Shown in pieces: positions 49,099 through 60,582 of a stretch of 64,000 nt of DNA. This DNA is from Patescibacteria group bacterium (GTDB lineage Bacteria; Patescibacteriota; CPR2; UBA1875; CAIMLA01). The number at the start of each line of letters is the position of its first letter. Position 1 is the stretch's first letter. The position numbers and the translations under genes are program-made. Below the pieces are notes generated by a model. That model saw only the letters and a program-made list of their open reading frames with translations. It was not told the origin of the DNA and did not search any database. The DNA is taken from assembly GCA_041738615.1 (NCBI GenBank), contig JBGSPL010000003.1, positions 114,352 to 178,351 on the forward strand, given 5' to 3'.

Positions 49099-49319
49099 TA
49101 GTCCCTCGCTAGTAACTCGTTGATTACCGTCTTTGCTAGCGCTTCTCTATCCTTGCGAGCATCCTCGTCTCTTTTGGCTACCAGCACTAAAACATCGCCC
49201 TCTTTACTGTGCTCAGGAAGCTTCTCCTTGGGCCAGAGTATTTGCTCTCCATGATGGGTAAGTACGGCGTAATCCCCCTCGAAGCGGTCTATAGTAGTTT
49301 TAAGTTCGTTAATAGTCAT
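49098..49319 (-). CDS. Small hypothetical protein (DUF3006-like), co-transcribed with VanW gene
   Basis: 73 aa, stop/start overlap. Confidence 0.45.
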   Translation of the reverse strand: MTINELKTTIDRFEGDYAVLTHHGEQILWPKEKLPEHSKEGDVLVLVAKRDEDARKDREALAKTVINELLARD

Positions 49320-49382
49320 GATTACATTCTATATCAACTAGTACTTAATTCCAAACGAAGCAATTAATTACAAAATGCAACG

Positions 49383-49411
49383 CGCCCCGGGTCCTGAAAC
49401 GGAACCGGGGC
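49383..49411 (-). terminator. Island G terminator CGCCCCGG...CCGGGGCG followed by T-rich on minus strand
   Basis: 8-bp GC stem, 14-nt loop. Confidence 0.55.
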
Positions 49412-49439
49412 GGTTGTGTTGCTTGTTGTGCGCGACCTA

Positions 49440-49562
49440 GATGTCGACGAGGGTGGCCCAATCGGTGGGCACCGCATCTACATCTGAGGGAGTAATGTCG
49501 ACCGACTCACTGTCGACAGTGACACTATCCTGTGGGCTCTTGTCATCGGCGGCCATGTGGTT
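49440..49562 (-). CDS. Island G micro-ORF (40 aa, acidic)
   Basis: Perfect AAGGAGG RBS 11 nt before ATG; downstream of G1 in same orientation; short, so tentative. Confidence 0.3.
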
Positions 49563-49586
49563 ACCTGCCTCCTTGGTGGAAAGTGG

Positions 49587-50045
49587 CTAAACCGTGACCA
49601 TCGCCGAGTCGGCCACAAGGACGTTCTGCCAGTGCGTAGCCGCGTACGGATCCGGGATGTTCTTCCGCTGCCAGAAGATGACGAAACGGATCTTGTCCAC
49701 GTCGATGCCGTTGGCGAGGAGATGCTTCTTGATCTCCTCAACCGCCTCGGGAAGCTTGGCCCAAGCTTCGGGCTCATCCATGGGACGAGCCCGGCACTCC
49801 TCGTGCGCGGCCAGCGAGATGACGCTGACGCCGAGGTGATTGACCGCAAAGGCAAGCCGCTCATGCAGAGCGAGACGCCTGTGCTCTGTGGCTCCGCCGA
49901 GGATAACCCCGATGGGACCAAACTCGTCACACGGGATGACCTGATCGGCGCCGAACCTGGTGACGAGTGCCATTCTCATTGCACCCAACGTGTCGCGCGG
50001 ATCGCTGCAAGCGATATTCGCGACAACCAACTTCTCTCCGGCCAT
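49587..50045 (-). CDS. Island G gene G1: GC-rich xenolog of neighbouring beta-carbonic-anhydrase-like (CxDxR...HxxC) protein, ~152 aa
   Basis: RBS GAGAGGGGAACGC-ATG; IACSDPRD...AAHEECRARP aligns with native CMDGR...AHQGCAKN in 50194..50619. Confidence 0.5.
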   Translation of the reverse strand: MAGEKLVVANIACSDPRDTLGAMRMALVTRFGADQVIPCDEFGPIGVILGGATEHRRLALHERLAFAVNHLGVSVISLAAHEECRARPMDEPEAWAKLPEAVEEIKKHLLANGIDVDKIRFVIFWQRKNIPDPYAATHWQNVLVADSAMVTV

Positions 50046-50109
50046 GCGTTCCCCTCTCGTCGAACTGACAATGTGCAACACAATTCCAGATTATACACTA
50101 TTTTTGCAA

Positions 50110-50134
50110 AAAGTCCAGCTTTTGGCTGGACTTT
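50110..50134 (-). terminator. Terminator AAAGTCCAGC-caaaa-GCTGGACTTTTT for native 50194..50619 gene; TATAAT follows on minus strand
   Basis: Perfect 10-bp stem + T5 on minus strand; putative G1 promoter TGGACT-N16-TATAAT overlaps. Confidence 0.55.
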
Positions 50135-50193
50135 AAGGCGTAAATTTGTAATGCAATGGATTCTGAAATTAGTTCAGAATGACGCTGAATATA

Positions 50194-50619
50194 TTAGGCT
50201 TCGATAAGCTTGTCGGCTATGTGGTGAATCTCCCAATCAAGATCTGTGTTCTTGGTAACCCAAAGACCGGTGATGCGGACACCCACTGGTAATCCCCATT
50301 TGGTAGCAAGAATCTCTACTGACTCTTTGAGCTCTGCAAGCTGCTCCTCGTCCGAGATTGGATTCTTGGCGCAACCCTGATGAGCGACGATGGCAACATT
50401 GCGAGAGTTGTGTCCATTGATGGAGATAAGAGTCTCTGCCTTGTAGTGCTCTACGATAGCGGCATCGCCTTTTACTATCATATTTGTAGGACCGGCTGGG
50501 TTTGGTGCATCCACAACGTCAAGCGCAAACTGTTCCTTCATCCACTTTGCCACTGGTTCCTGGGTACGGCCATCCATGCAGTTGAGCATGGTTCCGAATT
50601 TGGTATTTGTATCAGACAT
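50194..50619 (-). CDS. Native small Cys-Asp-Arg / His-x-x-Cys protein (beta-carbonic-anhydrase-like zinc ligand pattern)
   Basis: 141 aa; LNCMDGR and VAHQGCAKN motifs; homologous to island G gene. Confidence 0.45.
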   Translation of the reverse strand: MSDTNTKFGTMLNCMDGRTQEPVAKWMKEQFALDVVDAPNPAGPTNMIVKGDAAIVEHYKAETLISINGHNSRNVAIVAHQGCAKNPISDEEQLAELKESVEILATKWGLPVGVRITGLWVTKNTDLDWEIHHIADKLIEA

Positions 50620-50653
50620 AAAAATATCCTCCTAGATTACTTTAGTAGATTGT

Positions 50654-51108
50654 TTACTGCTTAAGATCGCTGATGTCTGCACCGCGGCGGCGCTTGATAC
50701 CAGAGTGCTTGGTGATAGAACGAAGCTGGGTAGTGATGCGTGCAAGCTCGGCTTCGGATGTTGCGATTAGAGCGTGATCGGTACCAGCGCTGGCTTTTGC
50801 CTCCTCGACACGTTTCTTGGCGGCCATAATCTCGACTTCATTGAGCTCGTGTAGATGCTCTGCGGCATCAGCGAGAATGAGAACCTCGATTCCATCCTTC
50901 ACATAGACAAAGCCACCATAGACCACTGCAACCTGCTCCTTACTCCCCTGCTTTACCAAAATGTCGCCGTTCACTACCTGGGAAATAAGCGGCTGATGGT
51001 GAGGCAGGATAGCAATCTGCCCAGTGTCTGTAGGCAAAACAACCTCATCGACCATATCGTCGAGGAGAGTTCGCTCTGGAGAGATAATTGTCAGATGGAT
51101 CTGTGCCA

Positions 51109-51109
<1 letters not shown>
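50654..51109 (-). CDS. atpC: F1 ATP synthase epsilon subunit
   Basis: Operon position; beta-sandwich + helical hairpin pattern. Confidence 0.85.
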
Positions 51110-53353
<2,244 letters not shown>

Positions 53354-53354
53354 C

Positions 53355-54863
53355 TTACGCTTCCTCTCTCTCCTGGCTTAGCTTCTCGAGATGCTTCTTG
53401 AGGCCCTTCTCTACAGCGTCTGTAAGGTCTAAATCTTTAGCGAAGGTCTTCTGAAAATCCTTATCCTTTGCAATTGCTGCCGAAAGTTCTGTCTCAAAGC
53501 TTTGGATTTCGCGGATAGCGACACCATCTAGGAAGCCATTGGTTGCTGCATATAGAATAGCAACCTGGTCGACTACTGGCCTTGGGAGGTACTGGTCCTG
53601 CTTTAAAACCTCTACTATACGCTTGCCACGCTCGATCTGCTTCTTGGTGTCCTCGTCGAGGTCAGATGCGAACTGTGAGAATGACTGAAGTTCACGATAC
53701 TGGGCCAGCTCCAGACGAAGTTTGCCGGCGACTTTCTTGATTGCCTTTACCTGGGCTGCTGATCCTACGCGAGAAACAGAGAGACCTACATTTAGCGCAG
53801 GACGGATGCCCTGATAGAACAGGTCCGACTCGAGGTAAATCTGTCCATCCGTAATGGAAATCACATTCGTTGGAATATAGGCAGATACGTCTCCAGCCTG
53901 AGTCTCGATGATAGGAAGTGCAGTAATAGAACCTCCACCGAACTTTTCGTCGCGTCTACAAGCACGCTCTAGTAGGCGTGAATGCAAATAGAAAACGTCC
54001 CCGGGGTAAGCTTCGCGTCCCGGTGGACGTCTCAGAAGCAGAGATATCTCGCGGTAAGCCCAAGCGTGCTTAGAAAGATCATCATAAACGATGAGGACAT
54101 CTTTGCCTTGATCCATAAAGTATTCTGCAATCGCAACACCTGAGTATGGAGAAATAAAGAGTGATGGTGCTGGATCAGAGGCCGAAGCGTTTACAATCAC
54201 AGTATTGGCCATGGCACCGTGTTCCTCGAGCTGAGAAACGATACGGGCTACCTTGGAATTCTTCTGACCAATCGCAACGTATACGCAGATTACACCTGTG
54301 TCCTTTTGATTGATAATCGCATCAAGAGCAATAGCTGTCTTACCAGTTTGGCGGTCACCGATGATAAGTTCGCGCTGTCCGCGTCCGACTGGAATAACGG
54401 CGTCGATAGCCTTGATTCCGGTCTGAAGTGGAACATTTACCGACTTACGTTCGATAACACCTGGGGCAATCTTTTCTACTGGGTAGCTCTTGGTAGTGCT
54501 CAGCTTGCCCTTGCCATCAATTGGGTTGCCCAGTGAGTCTACTACACGTCCAATGATGTCGTCTGAAACAGGAATTTCGAGTACTTTGCCAGTACAGCGA
54601 ACTTCATCGCCTTCCTTGATCGCAGTAGGATCACCCATGATAACGATACCTACGCTATCTTCCTCTAGGTTGAGGGCGATACCATAAATGCCGCCGGCAA
54701 ATTCGACCATCTCAAAAGACATTACTGCCTGAAGACCAGCTGCCTTGGCAACACCGTCTCCGACCGAAATGACCTTACCAATCTTGTACGAGCTAACCGA
54801 TGGCTTGTAATCCTTGAGTTGCTCTTCAATTTTTTGTATCAGGATTTCTCTATTACCGTCCAT
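53355..54863 (-). CDS. atpA: F1 ATP synthase alpha subunit
   Basis: GDRQTGKTA Walker A; 502 aa. Confidence 0.95.
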   Translation of the reverse strand: MDGNREILIQKIEEQLKDYKPSVSSYKIGKVISVGDGVAKAAGLQAVMSFEMVEFAGGIYGIALNLEEDSVGIVIMGDPTAIKEGDEVRCTGKVLEIPVSDDIIGRVVDSLGNPIDGKGKLSTTKSYPVEKIAPGVIERKSVNVPLQTGIKAIDAVIPVGRGQRELIIGDRQTGKTAIALDAIINQKDTGVICVYVAIGQKNSKVARIVSQLEEHGAMANTVIVNASASDPAPSLFISPYSGVAIAEYFMDQGKDVLIVYDDLSKHAWAYREISLLLRRPPGREAYPGDVFYLHSRLLERACRRDEKFGGGSITALPIIETQAGDVSAYIPTNVISITDGQIYLESDLFYQGIRPALNVGLSVSRVGSAAQVKAIKKVAGKLRLELAQYRELQSFSQFASDLDEDTKKQIERGKRIVEVLKQDQYLPRPVVDQVAILYAATNGFLDGVAIREIQSFETELSAAIAKDKDFQKTFAKDLDLTDAVEKGLKKHLEKLSQEREEA

Positions 54864-55261
54864 TATTTAGCTCCTGGCGTCAATTTAGTTTGTTTGATGT
54901 GCTCGGCAAGCTGCCCTACGCGACTGCGAAGTGTATTATCAATTACGGTCTCGCCGCGACGGATGATAACGCCTCCAAGCAAATCCTCGTTTATGAGGTA
55001 AGTAACCTGAATCTTGCTCTCAAATTTCTTTTCAAAAATAGTCTCAATAAGCGTTTTCTGAACCTTTGACAGCTCATTCGCGCTTGTCACCGTGACAAAA
55101 CTGTCACGAAACTCCCGTTCCAGCGACATCTTGCGAAGCAACATGTCGGCCTTCTGTGGAAATCTCTCGACAATCTTCTTTGCCAATCGTTCCACGGCAG
55201 CTGGATCTTCGTCCTCTGTCATAAGCTGCAGTATTTGAATGGCATCAAGAGTGACTGACAT
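54863..55261 (-). CDS. atpH: F1 ATP synthase delta subunit (short form)
   Basis: 132 aa, operon position. Confidence 0.75.
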   Translation of the reverse strand: MSVTLDAIQILQLMTEDEDPAAVERLAKKIVERFPQKADMLLRKMSLEREFRDSFVTVTSANELSKVQKTLIETIFEKKFESKIQVTYLINEDLLGGVIIRRGETVIDNTLRSRVGQLAEHIKQTKLTPGAK

Positions 55262-55262
55262 A

Positions 55263-55766
55263 CTACTTCTTCTCTACAAAGCCCGCTAGAGCCTCGTTTA
55301 TCAGTGCGTCGTCGTATTTTTTGGTGTCATTCTTTAGAAGTGAAGTAAGCGAAGATTCGACAAGCTTGGCTACGTCGTCTTTGGCGCTCTCGATAATCTG
55401 CTCTCTCTCCTTTTGTCCAGTGATCTGGGCATCGGCAATGATTGTCTTTGCCTTGGTCTCTGCCTCGAAGGTAGCGTTCTTATCGATTTCTTTTGCCTCT
55501 ACTTTTGCAGCGTCAACAATCTTGTCAGCCTCTACTGTCGCTTTGGCGATAAGCTTCTCTTTGTGCTTTTCAATCTCTTCATACTCTTTCTCGATTGCGG
55601 CAGCCTTTTTTAGTGACTCATCGATCTTCTCAGTACGTGTGTCTAGCATTTTTACAATTGGTTTGTAAAGAAACTTCCAAAGGATCAAAAAAAGCAAAGC
55701 AAAATTCACGCCCTGGGCTATGAGCGCCTGTACGTCAATTCCTAGTTTTGTAAATGCTTCTCCCAT
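55263..55766 (-). CDS. atpF: Fo ATP synthase subunit b
   Basis: N-terminal TM then long charged helix. Confidence 0.85.
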   Translation of the reverse strand: MGEAFTKLGIDVQALIAQGVNFALLFLILWKFLYKPIVKMLDTRTEKIDESLKKAAAIEKEYEEIEKHKEKLIAKATVEADKIVDAAKVEAKEIDKNATFEAETKAKTIIADAQITGQKEREQIIESAKDDVAKLVESSLTSLLKNDTKKYDDALINEALAGFVEKK

Positions 55767-55789
55767 TGTGGTTTCCGCCTTTCAGAAGG

Positions 55790-56017
55790 TTAAACGAATT
55801 TGATGATAAGAGCGATAACAAGAGAATACACGGCGATAGCCTCTACGAAAGCACAAGTAAGAATCAGGCTTGGCTGAATCTTGTCAGCAGCTTCTGGGTT
55901 ACGACCCATTGCTTCTAGACCTTTACTTGCGATCATAGCGATACCCATAGCTGGTGCGATTGCTCCAAGGGCGATTGTTAGGGCTGGTGCGAGTGATTTT
56001 ACTACTTCTGGTTCCAT
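55790..56017 (-). CDS. atpE: Fo ATP synthase subunit c
   Basis: 75 aa two-helix hairpin with conserved carboxylate. Confidence 0.9.
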   Translation of the reverse strand: MEPEVVKSLAPALTIALGAIAPAMGIAMIASKGLEAMGRNPEAADKIQPSLILTCAFVEAIAVYSLVIALIIKFV

Positions 56018-56066
56018 TTTTTGGGACTCCTTTTATTAATTAATTTAACGTTACTAAATATAGGCT

Positions 56067-56810
56067 CTAATGAGCGTCATGTGATGTAGCCGCCATCGAA
56101 AAGAAAACGAGGGCAAGCATAGTGAACACGAGAGCTTGGATAAAACCGACAAAAAGCTCCAGAAAATAAAACGGTAATGGAATAATGTAAGGCGCTATAG
56201 CACCCAGCACAATCAGCAGAACTTCCCCTGCAAACACATTACCGAACAAGCGGAAAGCAAATGAGATAATACGAACCAGCTCGGAGGCGAGCTCAATAAG
56301 GCCAACGAAGAAATTGATTGGATTGCTGAAATTGAAGAATTTCTTACCGTATTTGAAAACGCCGATAGCACCAATCCCGAAAACCTGAGTCATAAACACC
56401 ACCACTATACCGAGCATAATTGTAGTATTTAGGTCCGCTGTACCGGCTCTTAGTAGTGGAACAAGAACAGTCTCGTGCTCTACTACCTCATGAAAACCGA
56501 CAGTCCCCACCCCTGGGAAAAGGCCAAACCAGTTGTTAAACATAATAAATATGAAGAATGTCGCAATTAGCGGGAAAACCTTGCGTGAGTACGCCTTGTC
56601 ATGAATAACACTATCAGTAAGGGCTACGAGTTTTTCGATGCCCATCTCTGCAATATTCTGTAAGCCCTTTGGGATCAAGTCCATCTTGCGGGTGGCAAAG
56701 AGAGAAACAATCCAGAGGATGATCAGGACGCATAGGGTTGCCAACATACTGTTAGTCAAATGAATCGGTCCGAGCTCAAGAACTGGATTTGCCGCAATAG
56801 AGATGTGCAT
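56067..56810 (-). CDS. atpB: Fo ATP synthase subunit a
   Basis: 247 aa, conserved Arg in penultimate helix region. Confidence 0.9.
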   Translation of the reverse strand: MHISIAANPVLELGPIHLTNSMLATLCVLIILWIVSLFATRKMDLIPKGLQNIAEMGIEKLVALTDSVIHDKAYSRKVFPLIATFFIFIMFNNWFGLFPGVGTVGFHEVVEHETVLVPLLRAGTADLNTTIMLGIVVVFMTQVFGIGAIGVFKYGKKFFNFSNPINFFVGLIELASELVRIISFAFRLFGNVFAGEVLLIVLGAIAPYIIPLPFYFLELFVGFIQALVFTMLALVFFSMAATSHDAH

Positions 56811-57047
56811 TTATTTGTCATCCTTTAGATTATCAATAGTCTGTTTGATACCGAGAACGGAAGTCACGAGAGAAAGAGCAATCCCTGAAAAAAGAAATAT
56901 GTGTCCGGTGTCAAACTGCTTGTCTAGCCAGATGCCACCGATAGTAAATGCTACCAGGGGGATGCTAATACGAAACCCTATTTCTAGTGAATATGCATAC
57001 AAATTGAAATTATTTTTTTCTTTGTCTGCCATACTTTCCTCATACAA
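56811..57047 (-). CDS. AtpZ/AtpI-like small membrane protein
   Basis: 78 aa two-TM protein immediately upstream of atpB. Confidence 0.6.
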   Translation of the reverse strand: MYEESMADKEKNNFNLYAYSLEIGFRISIPLVAFTIGGIWLDKQFDTGHIFLFSGIALSLVTSVLGIKQTIDNLKDDK

Positions 57048-57112
57048 AAATGCGTCATCGTTAGCACTGGTGGCGCACTTTGCGTGTATATTCTACAGTA
57101 GTTTACGCTTAT

Positions 57113-57343
57113 TTACAAGCTTTTGCGCTCGTTTTCGATCATTGCTTCTCGCGCAGTGACTAGTAGCCCCCAAACAGTGAGCGTTATAGCGAAAATAGCG
57201 AAGCTAATTTTGAAAAATCTGTTTAGGTGGAGGGTCCTGTCCAGGCTGTACCCGATCAGCTCTAACACCATCAGGGGCACAAAGATCCTCCAGGCCAGAT
57301 TCCTGTATGTTATAGGTAAATCGGTTTTTAGTACTTCTTTCAT
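57113..57343 (-). CDS. Small membrane protein (76 aa from MKEVLK)
   Basis: Listed 185-aa ORF continues antisense through tRNA-Asn and a GC-rich leader, so only the AT-rich 3' part is credible. Confidence 0.3.
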   Translation of the reverse strand: MKEVLKTDLPITYRNLAWRIFVPLMVLELIGYSLDRTLHLNRFFKISFAIFAITLTVWGLLVTAREAMIENERKSL

Positions 57344-57440
57344 TGCGCTAAATATTGTACCGCGTTTCTGGGTCTCACCGCAACATTTTTGTCTCACCCC
57401 TCCCCTGTCATCCCCGCGAATGCGGGGGCCCAATCTCACG

Positions 57441-57469
57441 TTGACCAATAACACATTTTTTGCTATAAT
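57441..57469 (+). promoter_or_regulatory. Consensus sigma70 promoter TTGACC-N17-TATAAT upstream of tRNA-Asn
   Basis: Exact 17-nt spacing; preceded by CCCCGC-GAAT-GCGGGG hairpin; ~125-nt structured leader. Confidence 0.6.
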
Positions 57470-57594
57470 TTCCGAGTTCCCCGCGGTATGGGGACCCCAA
57501 AATCCGCAGGATTTTAGGGGAAAAGGAACAAGCGCGAAAAGTTGTAGTCGAATAGCGATAGCTGTTCTCGGAAACTGCCAGCAGCTTGTGACGT

Positions 57595-57669
57595 TCCCGG
57601 GTAGCTCAGTGGTAGAGCAGTTGGCTGTTAACCAATTGGTCGTCGGTTCGAATCCGACCCCGGGAGCCA
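57595..57669 (+). tRNA. tRNA-Asn (GTT)
   Basis: TCCCGGGTAGCTCAGTGGTAGAGC...anticodon loop CTGTTAA...GGTTCGAATCC...GCCA. Confidence 0.85.
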
Positions 57670-57724
57670 AAATGAATTCAAAAAGAAGCCTCGCAAGAGA
57701 CTTCTTTTTTATTAGAGAATCGAA

Positions 57725-58849
57725 TTACACTTGTTGTGCCTTTAGATACCCGAATCCCATCTGTACGAGGGTTCCGAATACTGTCCAGCCAACAATGAGT
57801 CCAAAGATACCGCCGACGAAAGGAACCACTGAAACTAGAACATAAAGCACAACACCGAGAGCTGCGGTTTTCCAGTTCACTACAAGTCCTTCTTCCTTAC
57901 GGAGATACTTCCAGGCGTACGAGCCGACGAGCAATGCGGAGAGTGTGCCCGCTAGAGCAAACGCCACAAGGTAAGCTAGGAATACATACCAGAGCACTCC
58001 CCAACCAACAAAGGAGATCAACAGTAGCAGGAGGGCAAACGGTGTCACCACAATCGCTACAAACCCCATCCAGAAATTGCGGAGAGGCTTGACTGTTGCT
58101 GCCGCCAATACTTGGGCAGAAAACTTTGGTAAAAGCTTGATAAAGACAAGTAGAGCTATGAGGCCAGTGATAATACTGATGACTATACCGCCAGCCCTTT
58201 CACCTACGGTCTGTCCCGTAGAGTTCATGGTTGAAACCTTGGTGAACTCTGTTTTGCCAACCTTGGCTCCCGAGGCTACAACGGCCTCTTTGTCCGCGCT
58301 GTATTTGAGTTTGCCCCCTATTACTGCTGCAGTATCAACCTTGATGTCACCTGCATTGTACAGCTCGACGTCATTTGCAACTTTTCCAGATATCGTTACG
58401 GTGCCGCCACTACTGCTTTTGACTGAACCAGAGATGTTACCACGTAGATTCACGGTGCCGCCAAAAACAATTACATCACCTGCGATAACTGACTTGGTTC
58501 CCAGAGTGACATCACCACCAAAAACGACCAAGTCACCGCCCACGGTGCCATCGATTGTCACTGTTCCACCGGCAACGCGTACATTCTTACCAGTGCCCCC
58601 GAACAGGTTTAGGGTGCCACCAGCTGCCAAGATGCTGTCCTCAACATCTCCGTTTACGGTTACGGTTCCACCGGCAACGACCAGGTCCCCTAAGACATTG
58701 GCATCAACTGTTGGATTCTCTCCTGCTAGGTAGAGATTCTTTGTTTTTGTCTCCTTGGCTACCAACTCTGCAGACTGAAGGTCCGCGGCTAGCGAGAAAA
58801 CTGGGAAAACGACAACCAATGCCGCAAGCATCCATAAGAACTTTTTCAT
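57725..58849 (-). CDS. Secreted beta-helical repeat protein with C-terminal polytopic membrane domain
   Basis: Signal peptide; ~10 repeats of GGTVT..GDV..; 5-6 C-terminal TM helices. Confidence 0.5.
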   Translation of the reverse strand: MKKFLWMLAALVVVFPVFSLAADLQSAELVAKETKTKNLYLAGENPTVDANVLGDLVVAGGTVTVNGDVEDSILAAGGTLNLFGGTGKNVRVAGGTVTIDGTVGGDLVVFGGDVTLGTKSVIAGDVIVFGGTVNLRGNISGSVKSSSGGTVTISGKVANDVELYNAGDIKVDTAAVIGGKLKYSADKEAVVASGAKVGKTEFTKVSTMNSTGQTVGERAGGIVISIITGLIALLVFIKLLPKFSAQVLAAATVKPLRNFWMGFVAIVVTPFALLLLLISFVGWGVLWYVFLAYLVAFALAGTLSALLVGSYAWKYLRKEEGLVVNWKTAALGVVLYVLVSVVPFVGGIFGLIVGWTVFGTLVQMGFGYLKAQQV

Positions 58850-58938
58850 AATTCCCCTTACTTTAATCTAAGTACATTATAATACATTCGCATAGAGAAA
58901 ATAATATGTTTTATTCTCAGAATGGGATTATACGCTAT

Positions 58939-58964
58939 TGACCCCTTGTCCTCTTTGGTATAAT
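58939..58964 (+). promoter_or_regulatory. Promoter TTGACC-N14-TATAAT with extended -10 (TGG TATAAT) for island H
   Basis: -35 58939-58944, -10 58959-58964; spacer short (14) but TG at -15/-14. Confidence 0.45.
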
Positions 58965-59025
58965 ATATCCTGTTCGTTCTATCCAAGGAATCCTGCAAGG
59001 AATCCGAGAGGGGAAGGAAGGCACG

Positions 59026-59216
59026 TGAAGAACAGTCGAAGCCTGAGCCCAGAAGCTCGTGGTCGACAAGCGATACTGGGGCTTGTCGTCCTCACTATCG
59101 TTGTATCGCTACTGTTCGGCTACCTTGGTGCTACCGGCAAGATCAAGGCCAACTCGAACGGGAATAGCGTCAAGGCACGGCCTGGCGTGTCCGCCATCAC
59201 GACCGACACAAAGTAG
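59026..59216 (+). CDS. Island H gene H1: small membrane protein (63 aa, GTG start)
   Basis: RBS CGAGAGGGGAAGGAAGGCAC-GTG; single TM. Confidence 0.4.
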
Positions 59217-59226
59217 GGTGGTTCAA

Positions 59227-59661
59227 ATGGTAGAACAGCAGAACAATGGTGGCCGCTTCCGCTTCGTCCTGGGCACTCTAAGCTCAGGTGATAAGAGGGA
59301 GCCAGAAGCAGCGCTTCTGCAGCTACACTGGAAAAGGGTATCTTTCGAACCCTCGCCCGAGAAGAACGGTGTCGCAATCACCGAGAGCTGCTCCGCAGCA
59401 CTCCGGGCGATAAAGGTCTTCGCCGGCGAACAGCGGATGTGCACGTGCACTCCTGACGGTTACGAGTACCTCTTCTCCACCACTCTCTCCATCGAGACGG
59501 GTGGCGACGTGCCCGAAGGCCAGTTGGCAATCTTCTGGCCGAAACCTGGTGGCCACTGCGGACTCGTACGCGACGTCACCTTCTACACAATCGGTGACGT
59601 TCCGGACGAAAAGCTCGCGAGCATCATCGACATCATCGAGGCGCAGCTGCCTCACGACTAG
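59227..59661 (+). CDS. Island H gene H2: hypothetical protein (144 aa from MVEQQNN)
   Basis: GC-rich; listed ORF begins at 59059 but overlaps H1; ATG 59227 follows H1 stop by 10 nt. Confidence 0.45.
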   Translation: MVEQQNNGGRFRFVLGTLSSGDKREPEAALLQLHWKRVSFEPSPEKNGVAITESCSAALRAIKVFAGEQRMCTCTPDGYEYLFSTTLSIETGGDVPEGQLAIFWPKPGGHCGLVRDVTFYTIGDVPDEKLASIIDIIEAQLPHD

Positions 59662-59679
59662 CACACCTCGTGTGCACCT

Positions 59680-59751
59680 GCCCCGCCTGCATGACAACAA
59701 ACCGTTTGTTGCTCTTGCGAGCGGGGCGTTGTCATTTAAATATTATTTTTT
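59680..59751 (+). terminator. Compound hairpin terminator of island H followed by TTAAATATTATTTTTT
   Basis: CCCCGC...GCGGGG and ATGACAAC...GTTGTCAT stems then T6. Confidence 0.55.
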
Positions 59752-60036
59752 AGTTCTAAAAGCTTCTATAAACCCATCCGGTACCGGATCATCACCACCG
59801 TGATTCCATGGATTGCAGCGAATTATACGCCAACTACCCATAATGGTGCCGAGAATGACACCATGTTCCTCTATCGATCGCTTTGTATATTCTGAACATG
59901 TTGGCTTAAATCTACAGTATCCATGAGGAAAAAAACCTCGGAAAATACCATGATCAGGCGAGATTGTCTTCTGATACAGCGTTATCAGGCTTACAAACGG
60001 CCAACGAATAATCTTATTTAGAGTTTTCATCAGCAA
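59743..60036 (-). CDS. yidD: Membrane protein insertion efficiency factor YidD
   Basis: YCRFKPTCSEY motif; downstream of rnpA. Confidence 0.9.
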   Translation of the reverse strand: MLMKTLNKIIRWPFVSLITLYQKTISPDHGIFRGFFPHGYCRFKPTCSEYTKRSIEEHGVILGTIMGSWRIIRCNPWNHGGDDPVPDGFIEAFRTKK

Positions 60037-60370
60037 AAAGTCCCAATCGTTTAAACGAGCCTAGCAGGTCTTTCTCCAATGCCTTGTAATCAGCGCTCAT
60101 AGCTGGAGACTTGATAGAAATAATGATGCTCTGCCCACTCTTTAGCCGTGGATATGCCAGCCGAGCCGCCTCTCGCACCTTACGCTTCATAGCATTTCGA
60201 TCATGTGCCTTTTTCGCCGCCTTTTTGCTAGCAACGACACCAATCTTCGTAATCCCATATCTATTCGGTAAAACGTTTACACTAAGAAGCGCGGTCGCAT
60301 TATAACGACCGCGCCTGTATATAGTTTGAAAATCCTTGTTATCAGTAAGCCTGTGGGCTTTACTTAGCAT
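60014..60370 (-). CDS. rnpA: RNase P protein component
   Basis: 118 aa basic protein; rpmH-rnpA-yidD context. Confidence 0.9.
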   Translation of the reverse strand: MLSKAHRLTDNKDFQTIYRRGRYNATALLSVNVLPNRYGITKIGVVASKKAAKKAHDRNAMKRKVREAARLAYPRLKSGQSIIISIKSPAMSADYKALEKDLLGSFKRLGLFADENSK

Positions 60371-60512
60371 ATGCTGTAGGAGTCAGCTTCTTGCGACCCT
60401 TGAGACGTCGTGCCTTTAGCACTTTACGACCAGCAGCTGTAGCCATACGCACGAGAAATCCGTGAGTCTTGCCGACATGTGCTTTCTTTGGTTGGAATGT
60501 TCTTTTACTCAT
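60360..60512 (-). CDS. rpmH: 50S ribosomal protein L34
   Basis: 50 aa [50 protein letters not shown]; absent from ORF track because <60 aa. Confidence 0.85.
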   Translation of the reverse strand: MSKRTFQPKKAHVGKTHGFLVRMATAAGRKVLKARRLKGRKKLTPTAYAK

Positions 60513-60582
60513 TTGAAACCTTGTAATATGTTATTTGGCGCTTTAACCTAGATATTCTAGCACAAATAGCCGACTTGGTCAA

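Noticed and set aside
57123-57845. 240-aa plus-strand ORF and the 5' two-thirds of 57113..57670 minus ORF
   Set aside because: Both run through tRNA-Asn and its promoter and leader. The tRNA and promoter are much better supported.
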